A DNA stretch of 63,636 bases, filler included, from Octopus bimaculoides (Eukaryota): assembly GCF_001194135.2 (NCBI RefSeq). It is 6 parts of 6 records of this genome, joined end to end, with 100 filler letters (N's around TTAATTAATTAA, not from the genome) between each part and the next. Parts side by side here need not be neighbours in the genome. Positions count along the whole stretch, not along the records: positions 52,874 to 57,602 come from NC_068990.1; positions 57,703 to 59,914 come from NW_026409173.1; positions 60,015 to 63,636 come from NC_068983.1; 3 more parts are not named here. One strand, written 5' to 3'. Positions 52,874 through 63,636 of the stretch are shown here, in pieces (position 1 is the first letter of the stretch; each line of letters begins with the position of its first letter). The translations under genes and the position numbers were made by a program. Under the pieces are notes generated by a model. It searched no databases. It was not told the origin of the DNA and saw only the letters and a list, made by a program, of their open reading frames with translations.

Positions 52874-53150
52874 TAGGGGTGCTAGGTGTGGGGTCAGGGC
52901 GGCGGTCAAGGAAGTATTGGAGGGCTGAGAGACCATCGTTGTGTGGAATCACGGTGTATAGGGATTTGATGTCCAGGGTGAAGAGGAGGTGTGAGGGGCC
53001 GGGAGGGAAAGAAAAGGAATTGAAGAGGCGAAGGGCGTGGTTGGTGTCGTGTATGTGGGATGGGAGGGCAGCAACTAACGGGGATAAGATATGGTCGAGA
53101 TATTTTGAAATGAATTCGGTGGGGCAATTGCAAGCAGAGACAATGCGGCG
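52874..53150 (-). mobile_element. Penelope-like element RT fragment
   Basis: RRIVSACNCPTEFISKYLDHILSPLVAALPSHIHDTNHAL...LFTLDIKSLYTVIPHNDGLSAL: PLE RT N-terminal motifs (RPIVS, DIxSLYTxIP). Confidence 0.9.
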
Positions 53151-53324
53151 ATATATGTATATATATACATATATGTATATATATATATGTGCGTGTGTGT
53201 GTGTGTGTGTGTCTGTGTGCGTATGTATATCTATACACATGTATACATGCGTATCTACACACACGCACAGACACACACTCACATATATATATATATGTAT
53301 GTATATATGCATATATATATGCAC

Positions 53325-53366
<42 letters not shown>

Positions 53367-53415
53367 NNNNNNNNNNNNNNNNNNNNNNNNNNNNNNNNNN
53401 NNNNNNNNNNNNNNN

Positions 53416-53468
<53 letters not shown>

Positions 53469-53649
53469 TTGTGTGTGTGTGTGTGGGTGTGGGTGTGTGT
53501 GTTGACTGAGTGCAGGCAAGGCTTTGTCGTTAACAAACTAGTTCTAGAATGCCTTGGTTCCAGGTTTACCTCCACCGAGTGGCACCTAGTCTAAGTGTGT
53601 CCTATAATTACCAAGTTATTTCGCTATCATGAAAAGTTGTGTTAACGCG

Positions 53650-54050
53650 ACGAGCCGGCAAAATGCTTAGCGGCAGTTTGTCACTGTTTGCGGTCTAAGT
53701 TAAAATTCGAAAGTGGGAAAATTAGCTTTTTGAATCCCCACCCCCGTTCACTATATAATACATAACCAATCAAGTCGGGAGATCGATAGTAGCAACTTGC
53801 CCCTTCCATCAAAACCGCTGACCTTGTACCAACGTTAGAAAGAATTCTTCGTGAGTTGACAGAATCTTTAGCACGCAGGGCAAAATTTAGTGTCATTCCG
53901 TCTGTTTTTATTTACTGAGTTGAAATTTCGCCGAGGTAGATTTTAACTTTCATCCTTTCATTGTCGATAAAAAAGTTCCACTTGATCATTGGAGTCGATA
54001 CAATCGACTTTCGTCCTCCCACGAAATTACTTGCCTTGTGCTAAAATTTG
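53650..54050 (+). mobile_element. Two degraded SINE family B copies
   Basis: CGGCAAAATGCTTAGCGG and GAGTTGACAGAATCTTTAGCACGC...CTTTCATCCTTTC motifs. Confidence 0.7.
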
Positions 54051-54607
54051 AAACTTATATAAAAAGTGGTGTTCTCTTCAGTTACTCGTTCAATGAGCAA
54101 AATAGAGCAGCTCAGTTATTTAGTTAATATGTACAAAAATTTAGTTAATATGTATAAAAATCATTTTATATTCTCAATATAATCATTTTATATTCTCAAT
54201 CGACCCTTTTGTATCATATAATAGTTTTCATACTCTCCCTGGAGATATTTTTTTACAGGCTCACATTTTACAGGATAGTTTTCTAAATTTCTTCATTATC
54301 TGCTAAATTTCATTCCCTTCATTTTACTAATGAGGGCTTTTTTCGCCCTAGGGAGCCTACAATTTTTGGAGTGGTGCTGGTGGTGATGAGGATCACAAAT
54401 TACTTTGGGTGTGATATGGGTGTATATTGGTAATTGTATACTTAATACATCTGGAAAGACATTTTCGGGGACACTTGTATGTATGTATGTATGTATGTAT
54501 GTATGCATGCATGTATGTACGTACGTTCGTAGATATATATATATATATATAAACATGAATAATATATAAATATGTGCATATATCCATACATATATGTACA
54601 TACCTAC

Positions 54608-54642
<35 letters not shown>

Positions 54643-54677
54643 GATGTGGGCACATTTACATATATTTAGATATGTGT

Positions 54678-55045
54678 GTTGTTGTTGGCACTCCGTCGCT
54701 TACGACGACGCGAGTTCCACTTGATCCGATCAACAGAACAGCCTGCTCGTGAAATTAACGGAAATTAACGTGCAAGTTGCTGAGCACTCCACAGACACGT
54801 GTTCCCTTAACGTAGTTCTCGGAGGTATTCAGCGTGACACAGGCACAAAAGAAACGGAATTAAGAGTGAGAGAAAGTTGTGGTGAAAGAATACAGCAGTG
54901 TTCGCCACCATCCCCTGCCGGAGCCTCGTGGAGCTTTAGGTGTTTTCGCTCAATAAACACTCACAACCCCCGGTCTGGGTAACGAAACCGTGATCCTATG
55001 ATCGCGAGTCCGCTGCCCTAATCACTGAGCCATTGCGCCTCCACA
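54678..55045 (-). mobile_element. SINE family C, full length
   Basis: Reverse complement of the 19826-20396 element, with (CAA)n tail. Confidence 0.85.
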
Positions 55046-55305
55046 TATTTAGATGTAATAAAATTAATTCAGTTATGTACACTTGTTAAATTCCGTTTGC
55101 ACTAGAACTTACTTAGCTGAATTCTTGTTAAAGCTTTATAAAATAGCAAGATGTGCTAATTATTAAGCTTATTAAAGATAGGAAATATTTACTCCTGATT
55201 CTCAAGCTTTTCACACGTACCTGTTTCCATAGACGTTTATTTTCAAGGGAAGAGCTTACTCTTTCTGAATAAATGTTTCTGTTTTTAAAAATAATCATCT
55301 GAGAA

Positions 55306-55344
<39 letters not shown>

Positions 55345-55345
<1 letters not shown>

Positions 55346-55760
55346 GAGAATGTACGAATAAACAACAACAGACGAGGTCAGGTGGTGTAAACAACAAAAG
55401 GATGTATTAGTATGACGCTCGGGAATACGGAAAGTCTTTAACGTTTCGAGCTACGCTCTTCAACAGAAAGAATACGGAGACAAGGAGAAAAACACGGAAT
55501 AAAGGAAGTTTACAAAAGTGGAAAAATGGAAAAGTTCAAAAGTTTTTTAGACGTCCTGTTATATTGAGGCGATTTCCAATCAGAAGACGGGTCCAGTTTA
55601 ATCCGTGGGTAGGAGAGGTGCAGCCGGAGGGTGTAAAGTTCAGAATAAAACAGTCCAGAAAGAGTAGATCCAGAAGGAAAGAAGGTAGAATCCAGAAGTT
55701 CGTGTGTGATGAGTGGAGACAGGATTATCTGGTGCGACATATGACATTAAAGAAGGCAAC
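55345..55760 (-). mobile_element. Penelope-like element 3' end / terminal repeat
   Basis: Inverted homology to 6830-6950, an upstream ...THGLN... motif, and hammerhead-like TTGAAGA...CGAAACGTT at 55440-55463. Confidence 0.65.
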
Positions 55761-56215
55761 TAAAAAAATTAGTGAGTTAAATAAATCAATTTTGTTTGTC
55801 TTTTCTATAAAAATTATGTGCTACGTGGGGCCACTATGTTCCTTTCATTCGAGTTCATTATAGCCAGCATCTTTCACTGGTATTCATATTTGTGTGCGTG
55901 TGTGTGTATGTAAGTAAATGTATGTATGTATATATGGATGTATGTACGTATTTATGTATGTATCTGTGTGTATGTGTGTGTGTGTGTTTTCAGTTTTTCC
56001 GCGTTCTCGTTCTGTTGTCATATATCGTTTGTGTATGTTCCCTCACTTGCCTCAGTAGGCTTTTTTTCGACTGACGACAACAAAGTGACCAATTTCACCG
56101 ATAACGGTGTGAAATTTAGAGATTTGACCGATAACTGATGAAGGATGAGCATGTCCACGTATTGTATCTGATTTTTCCGTGGGATTTTTTGTCGTCCTTC
56201 GGTGCAATTTTTTAC

Positions 56216-56261
<46 letters not shown>

Positions 56262-58488
56262 NNNNNNNNNNNNNNNNNNNNNNNNNNNNNNNNNNNNNNN
56301 NNNNNNNNNNNNNNNNNNNNNNNNNNNNNNNNNNNNNNNNNNNNNNNNNNNNNNNNNNNNNNNNNNNNNNNNNNNNNNNNNNNNNNNNNNNNNNNNNNNN
56401 NNNNNNNNNNNNNNNNNNNNNNNNNNNNNNNNNNNNNNNNNNNNNNNNNNNNNNNNNNNNNNNNNNNNNNNNNNNNNNNNNNNNNNNNNNNNNNNNNNNN
56501 NNNNNNNNNNNNNNNNNNNNNNNNNNNNNNNNNNNNNNNNNNNNNNNNNNNNNNNNNNNNNNNNNNNNNNNNNNNNNNNNNNNNNNNNNNNNNNNNNNNN
56601 NNNNNNNNNNNNNNNNNNNNNNNNNNNNNNNNNNNNNNNNNNNNNNNNNNNNNNNNNNNNNNNNNNNNNNNNNNNNNNNNNNNNNNNNNNNNNNNNNNNN
56701 NNNNNNNNNNNNNNNNNNNNNNNNNNNNNNNNNNNNNNNNNNNNNNNNNNNNNNNNNNNNNNNNNNNNNNNNNNNNNNNNNNNNNNNNNNNNNNNNNNNN
56801 NNNNNNNNNNNNNNNNNNNNNNNNNNNNNNNNNNNNNNNNNNNNNNNNNNNNNNNNNNNNNNNNNNNNNNNNNNNNNNNNNNNNNNNNNNNNNNNNNNNN
56901 NNNNNNNNNNNNNNNNNNNNNNNNNNNNNNNNNNNNNNNNNNNNNNNNNNNNNNNNNNNNNNNNNNNNNNNNNNNNNNNNNNNNNNNNNNNNNNATAGCA
57001 GTGAAGTAGAGGCCAGGACAGAGGTATAGATAGAAAGATGGAGGAAGACAGATAGATAAATAGATAGAAAGATAGATAGATAGATAGACAGATAGATAGA
57101 TAGATAGATAGAAAGATAGTCATGTCAGAATAATAGTAGACTTACTTGTAAAATAGGACGTGTGCGTTCAATAATGTAATAATACAAAGAATATATATAC
57201 ATGTATACACACATATATGTACAAACTTACATCTACATGTGTATATACATGCATATCAGGGTACAGGACGTTAGAACAATAAACTACAGACAACGGAACG
57301 AACACATAGGAAAACGGAAAGCCCCCTGGAATATCCCTTCATCAGCTATGCATGTGGGAAGAGGTGTCTGTGTTTTTTTCCCACCACCACCTGAGAACTG
57401 ATGCTGGTGTGTTTACGTTTCCGTAACTTAGTGGTTCGGCAAGAGAAACGATAGAATTATTAACAAGTTTAAAATACCTAAGTACTGGATCCGATTCATT
57501 CGGCTAAAAAATTTTGCAAGGCGGACACCAGCATGGACGCAGACTAATTACTGAAACAGGTAAAAGATAGAAGATAAAGATTATATATATATATATATAT
57601 ATNNNNNNNNNNNNNNNNNNNNNNNNNNNNNNNNNNNNNNNNNNNNTTAATTAATTAANNNNNNNNNNNNNNNNNNNNNNNNNNNNNNNNNNNNNNNNNN
57701 NNTCTTCTTCTTCTTCTTCTTCTTCTTCTTCTTCTTCTTCTTCTACATATATCTTCTTCCCTTCTTCCTTTTGTGCGTGCCCTTGATTTTTTTTCTCATC
57801 ATTTCTCTCTAGTTTCCCTTTTCTCTATCATTCGCTCGATTCTCTATTCATCTAAATCTTATGCTATGTAAATCGAAGCCAAATCTGCTTACAAAAATGT
57901 CTACCTCCTCGTCCATGTCCTCATCACCGTCACACTTCTCATTTTCATTGCCATCTTTCTCAATCATAAACTTCCTCAAGTTCGCCTTCATCTTCAACAT
58001 CATACATTACCACACTATACCGCCACCAGATACAGAATTTTCAACACTATCATCATCATAGCCAACATTGACATCTCCAGCAATATCATCATAATCAACA
58101 TGATAATCAGGATCACCATAGACATTCTCACCCAAATCATTTCCAGAGTAATCAACATTAACAACATCACCCCATCATCAGCATCATAACATCTTCGTCA
58201 TCATCGCTACACAGCATATACACTTTTCTTTTGTTTACAGTTCGTATTCATCACTACCAACACTACCACCACAACATCCACTATCAACTCTACCACCACC
58301 ATTATCCCTCTACTCCGTTTCCTCCTCCTCATCATCATTATCATTACCATTATGAACATCATCAGCAGCAGCATGAGTTTTATGGAACTAATCCTGATTG
58401 TGATCTACGTTCTATCTTTCCCATCATCTAATTGTTTGTCACAAAAATGTTCTATGTAATTTCTTATTAACTCAATTTTATGTTCCAG

Positions 58489-58560
58489 ATCCTTGAGTGA
58501 TAATAATATAAGAGAAATCAAAGCAGACGTCTTCCGAAATCTGTCCAATTTAACAAAACT
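58489..58560 (+). CDS. 72-nt phase-2 leucine-rich-repeat exon (extracellular 'typical' LRR)
   Basis: TTCCAG|A TCC TTG...AAA CT|GTAAGT encodes SLSDNNIREIKADVFRNLSNLTK(L), one exact 24-aa LxLxxNxIxxIxxxxFxxLxxLxxL unit. Confidence 0.92.
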
Positions 58561-59285
58561 GTAAGTTGAATGAATCTTTTTTATAGGATTTCATTGACAA
58601 TATATTTCTAAATCGGTAATATCTTGCCATCCTTCATTTTAAGCTCCCCACCATCGTGTTTCCAAATATGTGCCTTCTTTTTGGGGAATCTATGTGTTTG
58701 GGTGTGCGTTCAGTTATGAAATATGAGATGAATGAGGGCGTGCTATTTCAGCGGAATCATTTAGTGCATGAATATGTATGTTTCCGTCTATGTGTAAAAT
58801 CACTATCTGTCTAACGTGTGCACTATTTGTATGTTAATGTCTGTGAGAAGTGAGTGAAGACCTCTTTCCCCTTTTCTTTATCTTCTACTGCACCCGACTC
58901 CAACCCTTCTGTCTCTTCATTATCTGCTTTTTTCTCTCCTACACCCTTCAATCTTTTCATCGAGCTCTTTTTTCACTTTATTCAGTTGCCTCGACTTTCA
59001 CATAATCTTTCGACCTATTGTTTTATATTTTCAATTCTTCATGATCAGTTTCATCATATTCATCCTCAACATCATCAATATTATCAACCTCACAGACATC
59101 TGCACAATCTACATGACCGTCGAAACTATCGTTATCGATCTATACGTCATCATCTTCAACAGAAACGTCACCAGCAGCACAATCATCAAAATCATCGTCA
59201 GCATCACCGTAGTTCTCCTCATCAACATCACTATTACAAATATCACCTTCATCATAATCGCTATTAATAATATGACCTTCATCAA

Positions 59286-59480
59286 AGCGGCGAGCAAGCA
59301 GCATCCTTAGCACGCCAGGCGAAATGCTTAGCGGTATTTTGCCCGTCGTTACGTTCTCAGTTCAATTTCCACCGAGTTCGACTTCACCTTTCATCCTTTC
59401 GAGACGTAACATTTGAGTACTGGGGTCGATGTAATAGTCTACCTGCCTTCCCCAAATTTCAGGTCTTGTGCTTATAATAA
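59286..59480 (+). mobile_element. SINE family B in the intron between the LRR exons
   Basis: GCGGCGAGCAAGCAGCATCCTTAGCACGCCAGGCGAAATGCTTAGCGGTATTT...CTGGGGTCGATGTAAT. Confidence 0.8.
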
Positions 59481-59711
59481 GAAGGAATATTTTCTTCATC
59501 AACATTACCATCGACCTCCTATCTTTCGTCTTATCACCATATTCATCATTACCAGCACCACCACCTCCATTCTCCTCTTACTCCTCCTCCTTATTACCAT
59601 CACCATTATCTACTTTGTTTTTTCTTCCACCAAATATTCGTTTAACGATAACATTTTATGTTATACAACTCTTCTATACTTTCTCTTATCAAATAATATT
59701 TTTTGTTACAG

Positions 59712-59783
59712 ATATTTACAAAATAACAATATCGAAAAAATTGATGAAACAGCCTTCCATGACCTGAGCAAATTGCAAACACT
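59712..59783 (+). CDS. 72-nt phase-2 leucine-rich-repeat exon
   Basis: TTACAG|A TAT TTA...ACA CT|GTGAGT encodes YLQNNNIEKIDETAFHDLSKLQT(L). Splices in frame to 58489-58560 (junction codon CTA = Leu). Confidence 0.92.
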
Positions 59784-59914
59784 GTGAGTTGGATAAAGCT
59801 TGTTGATAATATTTCACAGATAATGTCTACTAAATCTTTAAATCTCCCCATTCTTTTTCGATCTAGGTCCTTGTCCCTCGCTACATTCTCACGGTCTTTT
59901 GATAGAAATGTGTG

Positions 59915-60014
59915 NNNNNNNNNNNNNNNNNNNNNNNNNNNNNNNNNNNNNNNNNNNNTTAATTAATTAANNNNNNNNNNNNNNNNNNNNNNNNNNNNNN
60001 NNNNNNNNNNNNNN
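59915..60014. other. Artificial 100-bp scaffold linker (44 N + TTAATTAATTAA + 44 N)
   Basis: The same 12-mer sits in N pads at 24324, 29475, 52818, 57647 and 59959 and has stop codons in all six frames. True gap size is unknown. Confidence 0.9.
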
Positions 60015-60107
60015 AAAAGAATATTTTAAAGATTCAACTATTCATATAAAATAAGTACAAACGCACCCAGAAAACAGTCGCACACGCACGCGCACACACA
60101 CACATAC
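60015..60107 (+). repeat. 93-bp exact direct repeat of 63543-63635
   Basis: AAAAGAATATTTTAAAGATTCAAC...CACACACATAC is identical in both places; offset 3528 bp. Confidence 0.95.
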
Positions 60108-60129
60108 TTCCATTACAGACTGAAGCAGG

Positions 60130-60310
60130 GATCAGGTGACGATTTTCTACTGTATTTCCTTGCCCTTTGATTTTTCGTAATCAAGCTTCTCCCTTAACCA
60201 TCCATTCCTGAATGCTTCCTATATATCATTTCCGATTTGACCATGTAAATACTTCAGATGTTTCTTCCAAAATTCTCGGATCCGATTTTGTCCTAGCGTT
60301 TTCCAGTTTA
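60130..60310 (-). mobile_element. Decayed R4/Dong-like RT fragment
   Basis: IREFWKKHLKYLH...EAFRNGW and GRSLITK...KGNTVENRHL resemble IxGFWxKxLxxLH...GRTxLIxK...KGNxVxNYRPI. Confidence 0.5.
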
Positions 60311-60521
60311 ATAGTGTTTTTACTTGCGGTAGAAGTTCGTGCCTAGTTTCAAGGAGAATTGAAGCGTCAATTTAAACTTCCTTTTTTCTATCTCTTGCCG
60401 TTTATTTTTACATTTTCACTGCTATTGTTGTTTTCGTTTCCATTACAATTGACACTTTTGTATTGTCTTTCTTGTGTTTTCTATTGTTGTTGTTGTTGTT
60501 GTTATTGCTGCTGTTGTTATA

Positions 60522-61474
60522 AGGCTTTCCTATAAGTAGGTTATCTCCCTTGGCTAGGCGGCGCTCCATGTAGATAATTAAACTTCCGGAGACTACCCAT
60601 GCCATTGTTATTGTTTTACGTCTTATCATGGATATAAAGCAGCTCGATGATTCAGCTATCGAAGTACTTACTGTGCCTGAGTTAAAGAAATATTTAAGAT
60701 TATATGGACAGTATGTTACTGGAAGAAAGGCGGACTTGACTGAAAGGTTGAAAGGAATAAAAATTCTGTCGNNNNNNNNNNNNNNNNNNNNNNNNNNNNN
60801 NNNNNNNNNNNNNNNNNNNNNNNNNNNNNNNNNNNNNNNNNNNNNNNNNNNNNNNNNNNNNNNNNNNNNNNNNNNNNNNNNNNNNNNNNNNNNNNNNNNN
60901 NNNNNNNNNNNNNNNNNNNNNNNNNNNNNNNNNNNNNNNNNNNNNNNNNNNNNNNNNNNNNNNNNNNNNNNNNNNNNNNNNNNNNNNNNNNNNNNNNNNN
61001 NNNNNNNNNNNNNNNNNNNNNNNNNNNNNNNNNNNNNNNNNNNNNNNNNNNNNNNNNNNNNNNNNNNNNNNNNNNNNNNNNNNNNNNNNNNNNNNNNNNN
61101 NNNNNNNNNNNNNNNNNNNNNNNNNNNTTGCCGAATTTCACAGATAATGACATAATTACCTCGTGCTACGGATGAAAGCAAAGCAACAGTTAAGGAGTGG
61201 CATATTTTACCACGACAGACACGTACACAGGATCGAATACCACGATGTGAGTGAAAGCTGCTCTCACTGTATTGTCCGGTGTCTGGTAATCCCTTCAATA
61301 CCGACATCAAACCAAAAAAAGAATCCTGACCACAGAGTGTGGGTAATTATGTCAAATGTCACTGGCAATGTGCATTCAGCTGATTGCAACTGTTAAAGCA
61401 AGTCACTGAGCATGCGTACATGTCATACGGGAGAGTTCCAATCAGGGGTGGATAACAACCTTATAGGAACCCCC
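60522..61474 (+). mobile_element. Kolobok-like DNA transposon derivative with SAP and SWIM remnants
   Basis: TATA duplicated at 60518-60521 and 61475-61478. TIRs AGGCTTTCCTATAAG / GGGGGTTCCTATAAG (12/15), extending imperfectly to about 31 bp. SAP-like LTVPELKKYLRLYGQYVTGRKADLTERL (from 60628) and frameshifted SWIM HSADCNC-KASH*ACVHV. Confidence 0.7.
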
Positions 61475-62990
61475 TATAGTTGTTGCTGTTGTTGTCATTG
61501 TCGCAACTGATACTATTGTTACTCTCTTCAATTACAACAACCTCAGTAATATTGTTTGATGGAAGATGACTGCGAAAAACATATTCATTTTTAAAACCTC
61601 GTCCAACTTCTTTTCTTACTGAGTAGCTGGCAAAGACAAAGACATTTTGAAAATTCTTCTATGCTTCGAAAAATTTTGTCACATACAGCAAGTAACAAAG
61701 AGTGTTCATTGTCTTTTATGGCTTTGGTCAACTAAGAAACAAGGAAGAAGAATAAAATGAACAAAAACAAACCTCTAAAAACGAAGACAAGAAACAAACT
61801 CGCGGAGCTTACAAGACACATCTTAGCATTTAATAAAACACAGTGTGTCCTGTTGGACTCAGAGGGAAAGCAGAGTAAAACAATAAACAAGGTGGGAGTG
61901 AGTGACAATCAGAGCGGGTAAAGCAGGCGAAAAACATTGAAAAGTTTTGCTCGGAAGATCCTTGACAATTTAATATTGAAAAAAAAATCTTGCCAATTTT
62001 TATCGTAAATTGTATTTAGTTTATCAGTTTCCCATACACAAATATATCAAACTCTTTTGTTTTCAAACCATTACCGTTCACATAACATATATATAAATAT
62101 TACGTGAACGATAATGTATATGCATACAAACACGTGTGTGTATGTATATANNNNNNNNNNNNNNNNNNNNNNNNNNNNNNNNNNNNNNNNNNNNNNNNNN
62201 NNNNNNNNNNNNNNNNNNNNNNNNNNNNNNNNNNNNNNNNNNNNNNNNNNNNNNNNNNNNNNNNNNNNNNNNNNNNNNNNNNNNNNNNNNNNNNNNNNNN
62301 NNNNNNNNNNNNNNNNNNNNNNNNNNNNNNNNNNNNNNNNNNNNNNNNNNNNNNNNNNNNNNNNNNNNNNNNNNNNNNNNNNNNNNNNNNNNNNNNNNNN
62401 NNNNNNNNNNNNNNNNNNNNNNNNNNNNNNNNNNNNNNNNNNNNNNNNNNNNNNNNNNNNNNNNNNNNNNNNNNNNNNNNNNNNNNNNNNNNNNNNNNNN
62501 NNNNNNNNNNNNNNNNNNNNNNNNNNNNNNNNNNNNNNNNNNNNNNNNNNNNNNNNNNNNNNNNNNNNNNNNNNNNNNNNNNNNNNNNNNNNNNNNNNNN
62601 NNNNNNNNNNNNNNNNNNNNNNNNNNNNNNNNNNNNNNNNNNNNNNNNNNNNNNNNNNNNNNNNNNNNNNNNNNNNNNNNNNNNNNNNNNNNNNNNNNNN
62701 NNNNNNNNNNNNNNNNNNNNNNNNNNNNNNNNNNNNNNNNNNNNNNNNNNNNNNNNNNNNNNNNNNNNNNNNNNNNNNNNNNNNNNNNNNNNNNNNNNNN
62801 NNNNNNNNNNNNNNNNNNNNNNNNNNNNNNNNNNNNNNNNNNNNNNNNNNNNNNNNNNNNNNNNNNNNNNNNNNNNNNNNNNNNNNNNNNNNNNNNNNNN
62901 NNNNNNNNNNNNNNNNNNNNNNNNNNNNNNNNNNNNNNNNNNNNNNNNNNNNNNNNNNNNNNNNNNNNNNNNNNNNNNNNNNNNNNNNNN

Positions 62991-63037
<47 letters not shown>

Positions 63038-63413
63038 ATATATTTGAGTCTGGGGAGAATCATTCTGTTTTAATGCTTTATTGATTAACAGACTCACCAG
63101 TACGATTTCCACTCGTTTACTTATTCATTTTTTTCTAAAATTTTCGTTGCTTCTTGCAACCTCTTTGATAGTCGATGACTCTGTCCTTTATGTATCATGT
63201 GACAATATTTTCAACTGAAACGTTACAACCGTATCTGATCATTCAAGTATTTCGATTCTGTGTATGTACAAATATTTACTAGATTACTGATATTTATCAA
63301 TGGTTTCCTCCATTGTGTTGATGCGCCATTTTCTATAATTAATAAAATTGTCAGCATTTTTGATGACTCGGGTATACTAGTAATAATCATAATTTGTCTT
63401 TCTTCTTATTCAG

Positions 63414-63536
63414 ACGTTGATGAATGCACAACAGGTGAACATAACTGCCCCCAGATATCAACGTGTATTAATACAGGGGGATCGTATCGCTGTAAATGTT
63501 TCTCGGGTTACGAAGACGTCTCAGGTAACTGCATAG
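63414..63536 (+). CDS. 123-nt phase-1 calcium-binding EGF-like domain exon
   Basis: TTATTCAG|AC GTT GAT GAA TGC...TGC ATA G|GTGAGT encodes [41 protein letters not shown]: six Cys, DxDEC and the CxNxxGSYxCxC hydroxylation motif. Confidence 0.95.
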   Translation, partial: TLMNAQQVNITAPRYQRVLIQGDRIAVNVSRVTKTSQVTA

Positions 63537-63636
63537 GTGAGTAAAAGAATATTTTAAAGATTCAACTATTCATATAAAATAAGTACAAACGCACCCAGAA
63601 AACAGTCGCACACGCACGCGCACACACACACATACG

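Noticed and set aside
57260-57350. Minus-strand CTGATGA in a PLE-like tail
   Set aside because: There is no downstream GAAA box or helix III, so no hammerhead can be built.
59866-59914. TCTAG|G TCC TTG TCC... possible third LRR exon start
   Set aside because: It translates as SLSLATFSRSFDRN, lacking the conserved Asn and LRR spacing.
24324-59970. Five identical TTAATTAATTAA motifs
   Set aside because: Each is centred in an N pad totalling 100 bp and has stops in all six frames, so it is an assembly spacer, not biology.
413-63112. Many ORFs of [12 protein letters not shown], poly-S/V/L/N/Y and X runs in the supplied track
   Set aside because: They are translations of (TA)n, (CA)n and trinucleotide microsatellites or of N gaps, with no domain content.
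1-63636. CRISPR array, rRNA or prokaryotic operon
   Set aside because: There is no repeat-spacer periodicity and no rRNA-like sequence; the window is eukaryotic intronic/intergenic DNA.

Overview
AT-rich, repeat-saturated eukaryotic draft-assembly window with roughly 7.5 kb of N gaps, five of them artificial TTAATTAATTAA scaffold linkers. Microsatellite density and the SINE families resemble octopus (coleoid cephalopod) DNA; this is pattern recognition, not a database match. Almost all ORFs in the supplied track are microsatellite or N artefacts. The only convincing host coding sequence is three + strand exons near the 3' end: two 72-nt phase-2 leucine-rich-repeat exons (58489-58560, 59712-59783) and one 123-nt phase-1 calcium-binding EGF exon (63414-63536). 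The intron start after the EGF exon is also present 3528 bp upstream, right after a gap, which suggests a hidden tandem EGF exon. The rest is mobile DNA: at least four tRNA-derived SINE families; R4/Dong-like LINEs in (TAA)n; RTE and CR1-like LINE relics; Penelope-like fragments with hammerhead-like motifs; Tc1/mariner relics and MITEs; a hAT-like MITE; a 91-bp mini-Helitron; a full-length TTAA-flanked piggyBac with all three catalytic Asp substituted; and a TATA-flanked Kolobok-like element carrying SAP and SWIM remnants. A 7 x 13-bp TAATCCGATTGGT array is a candidate regulatory module. No rRNA, true tRNA or CRISPR array is supported. SINE family letters A-C are my own labels, and repeat boundaries are approximate unless defined by TIRs or TSDs.
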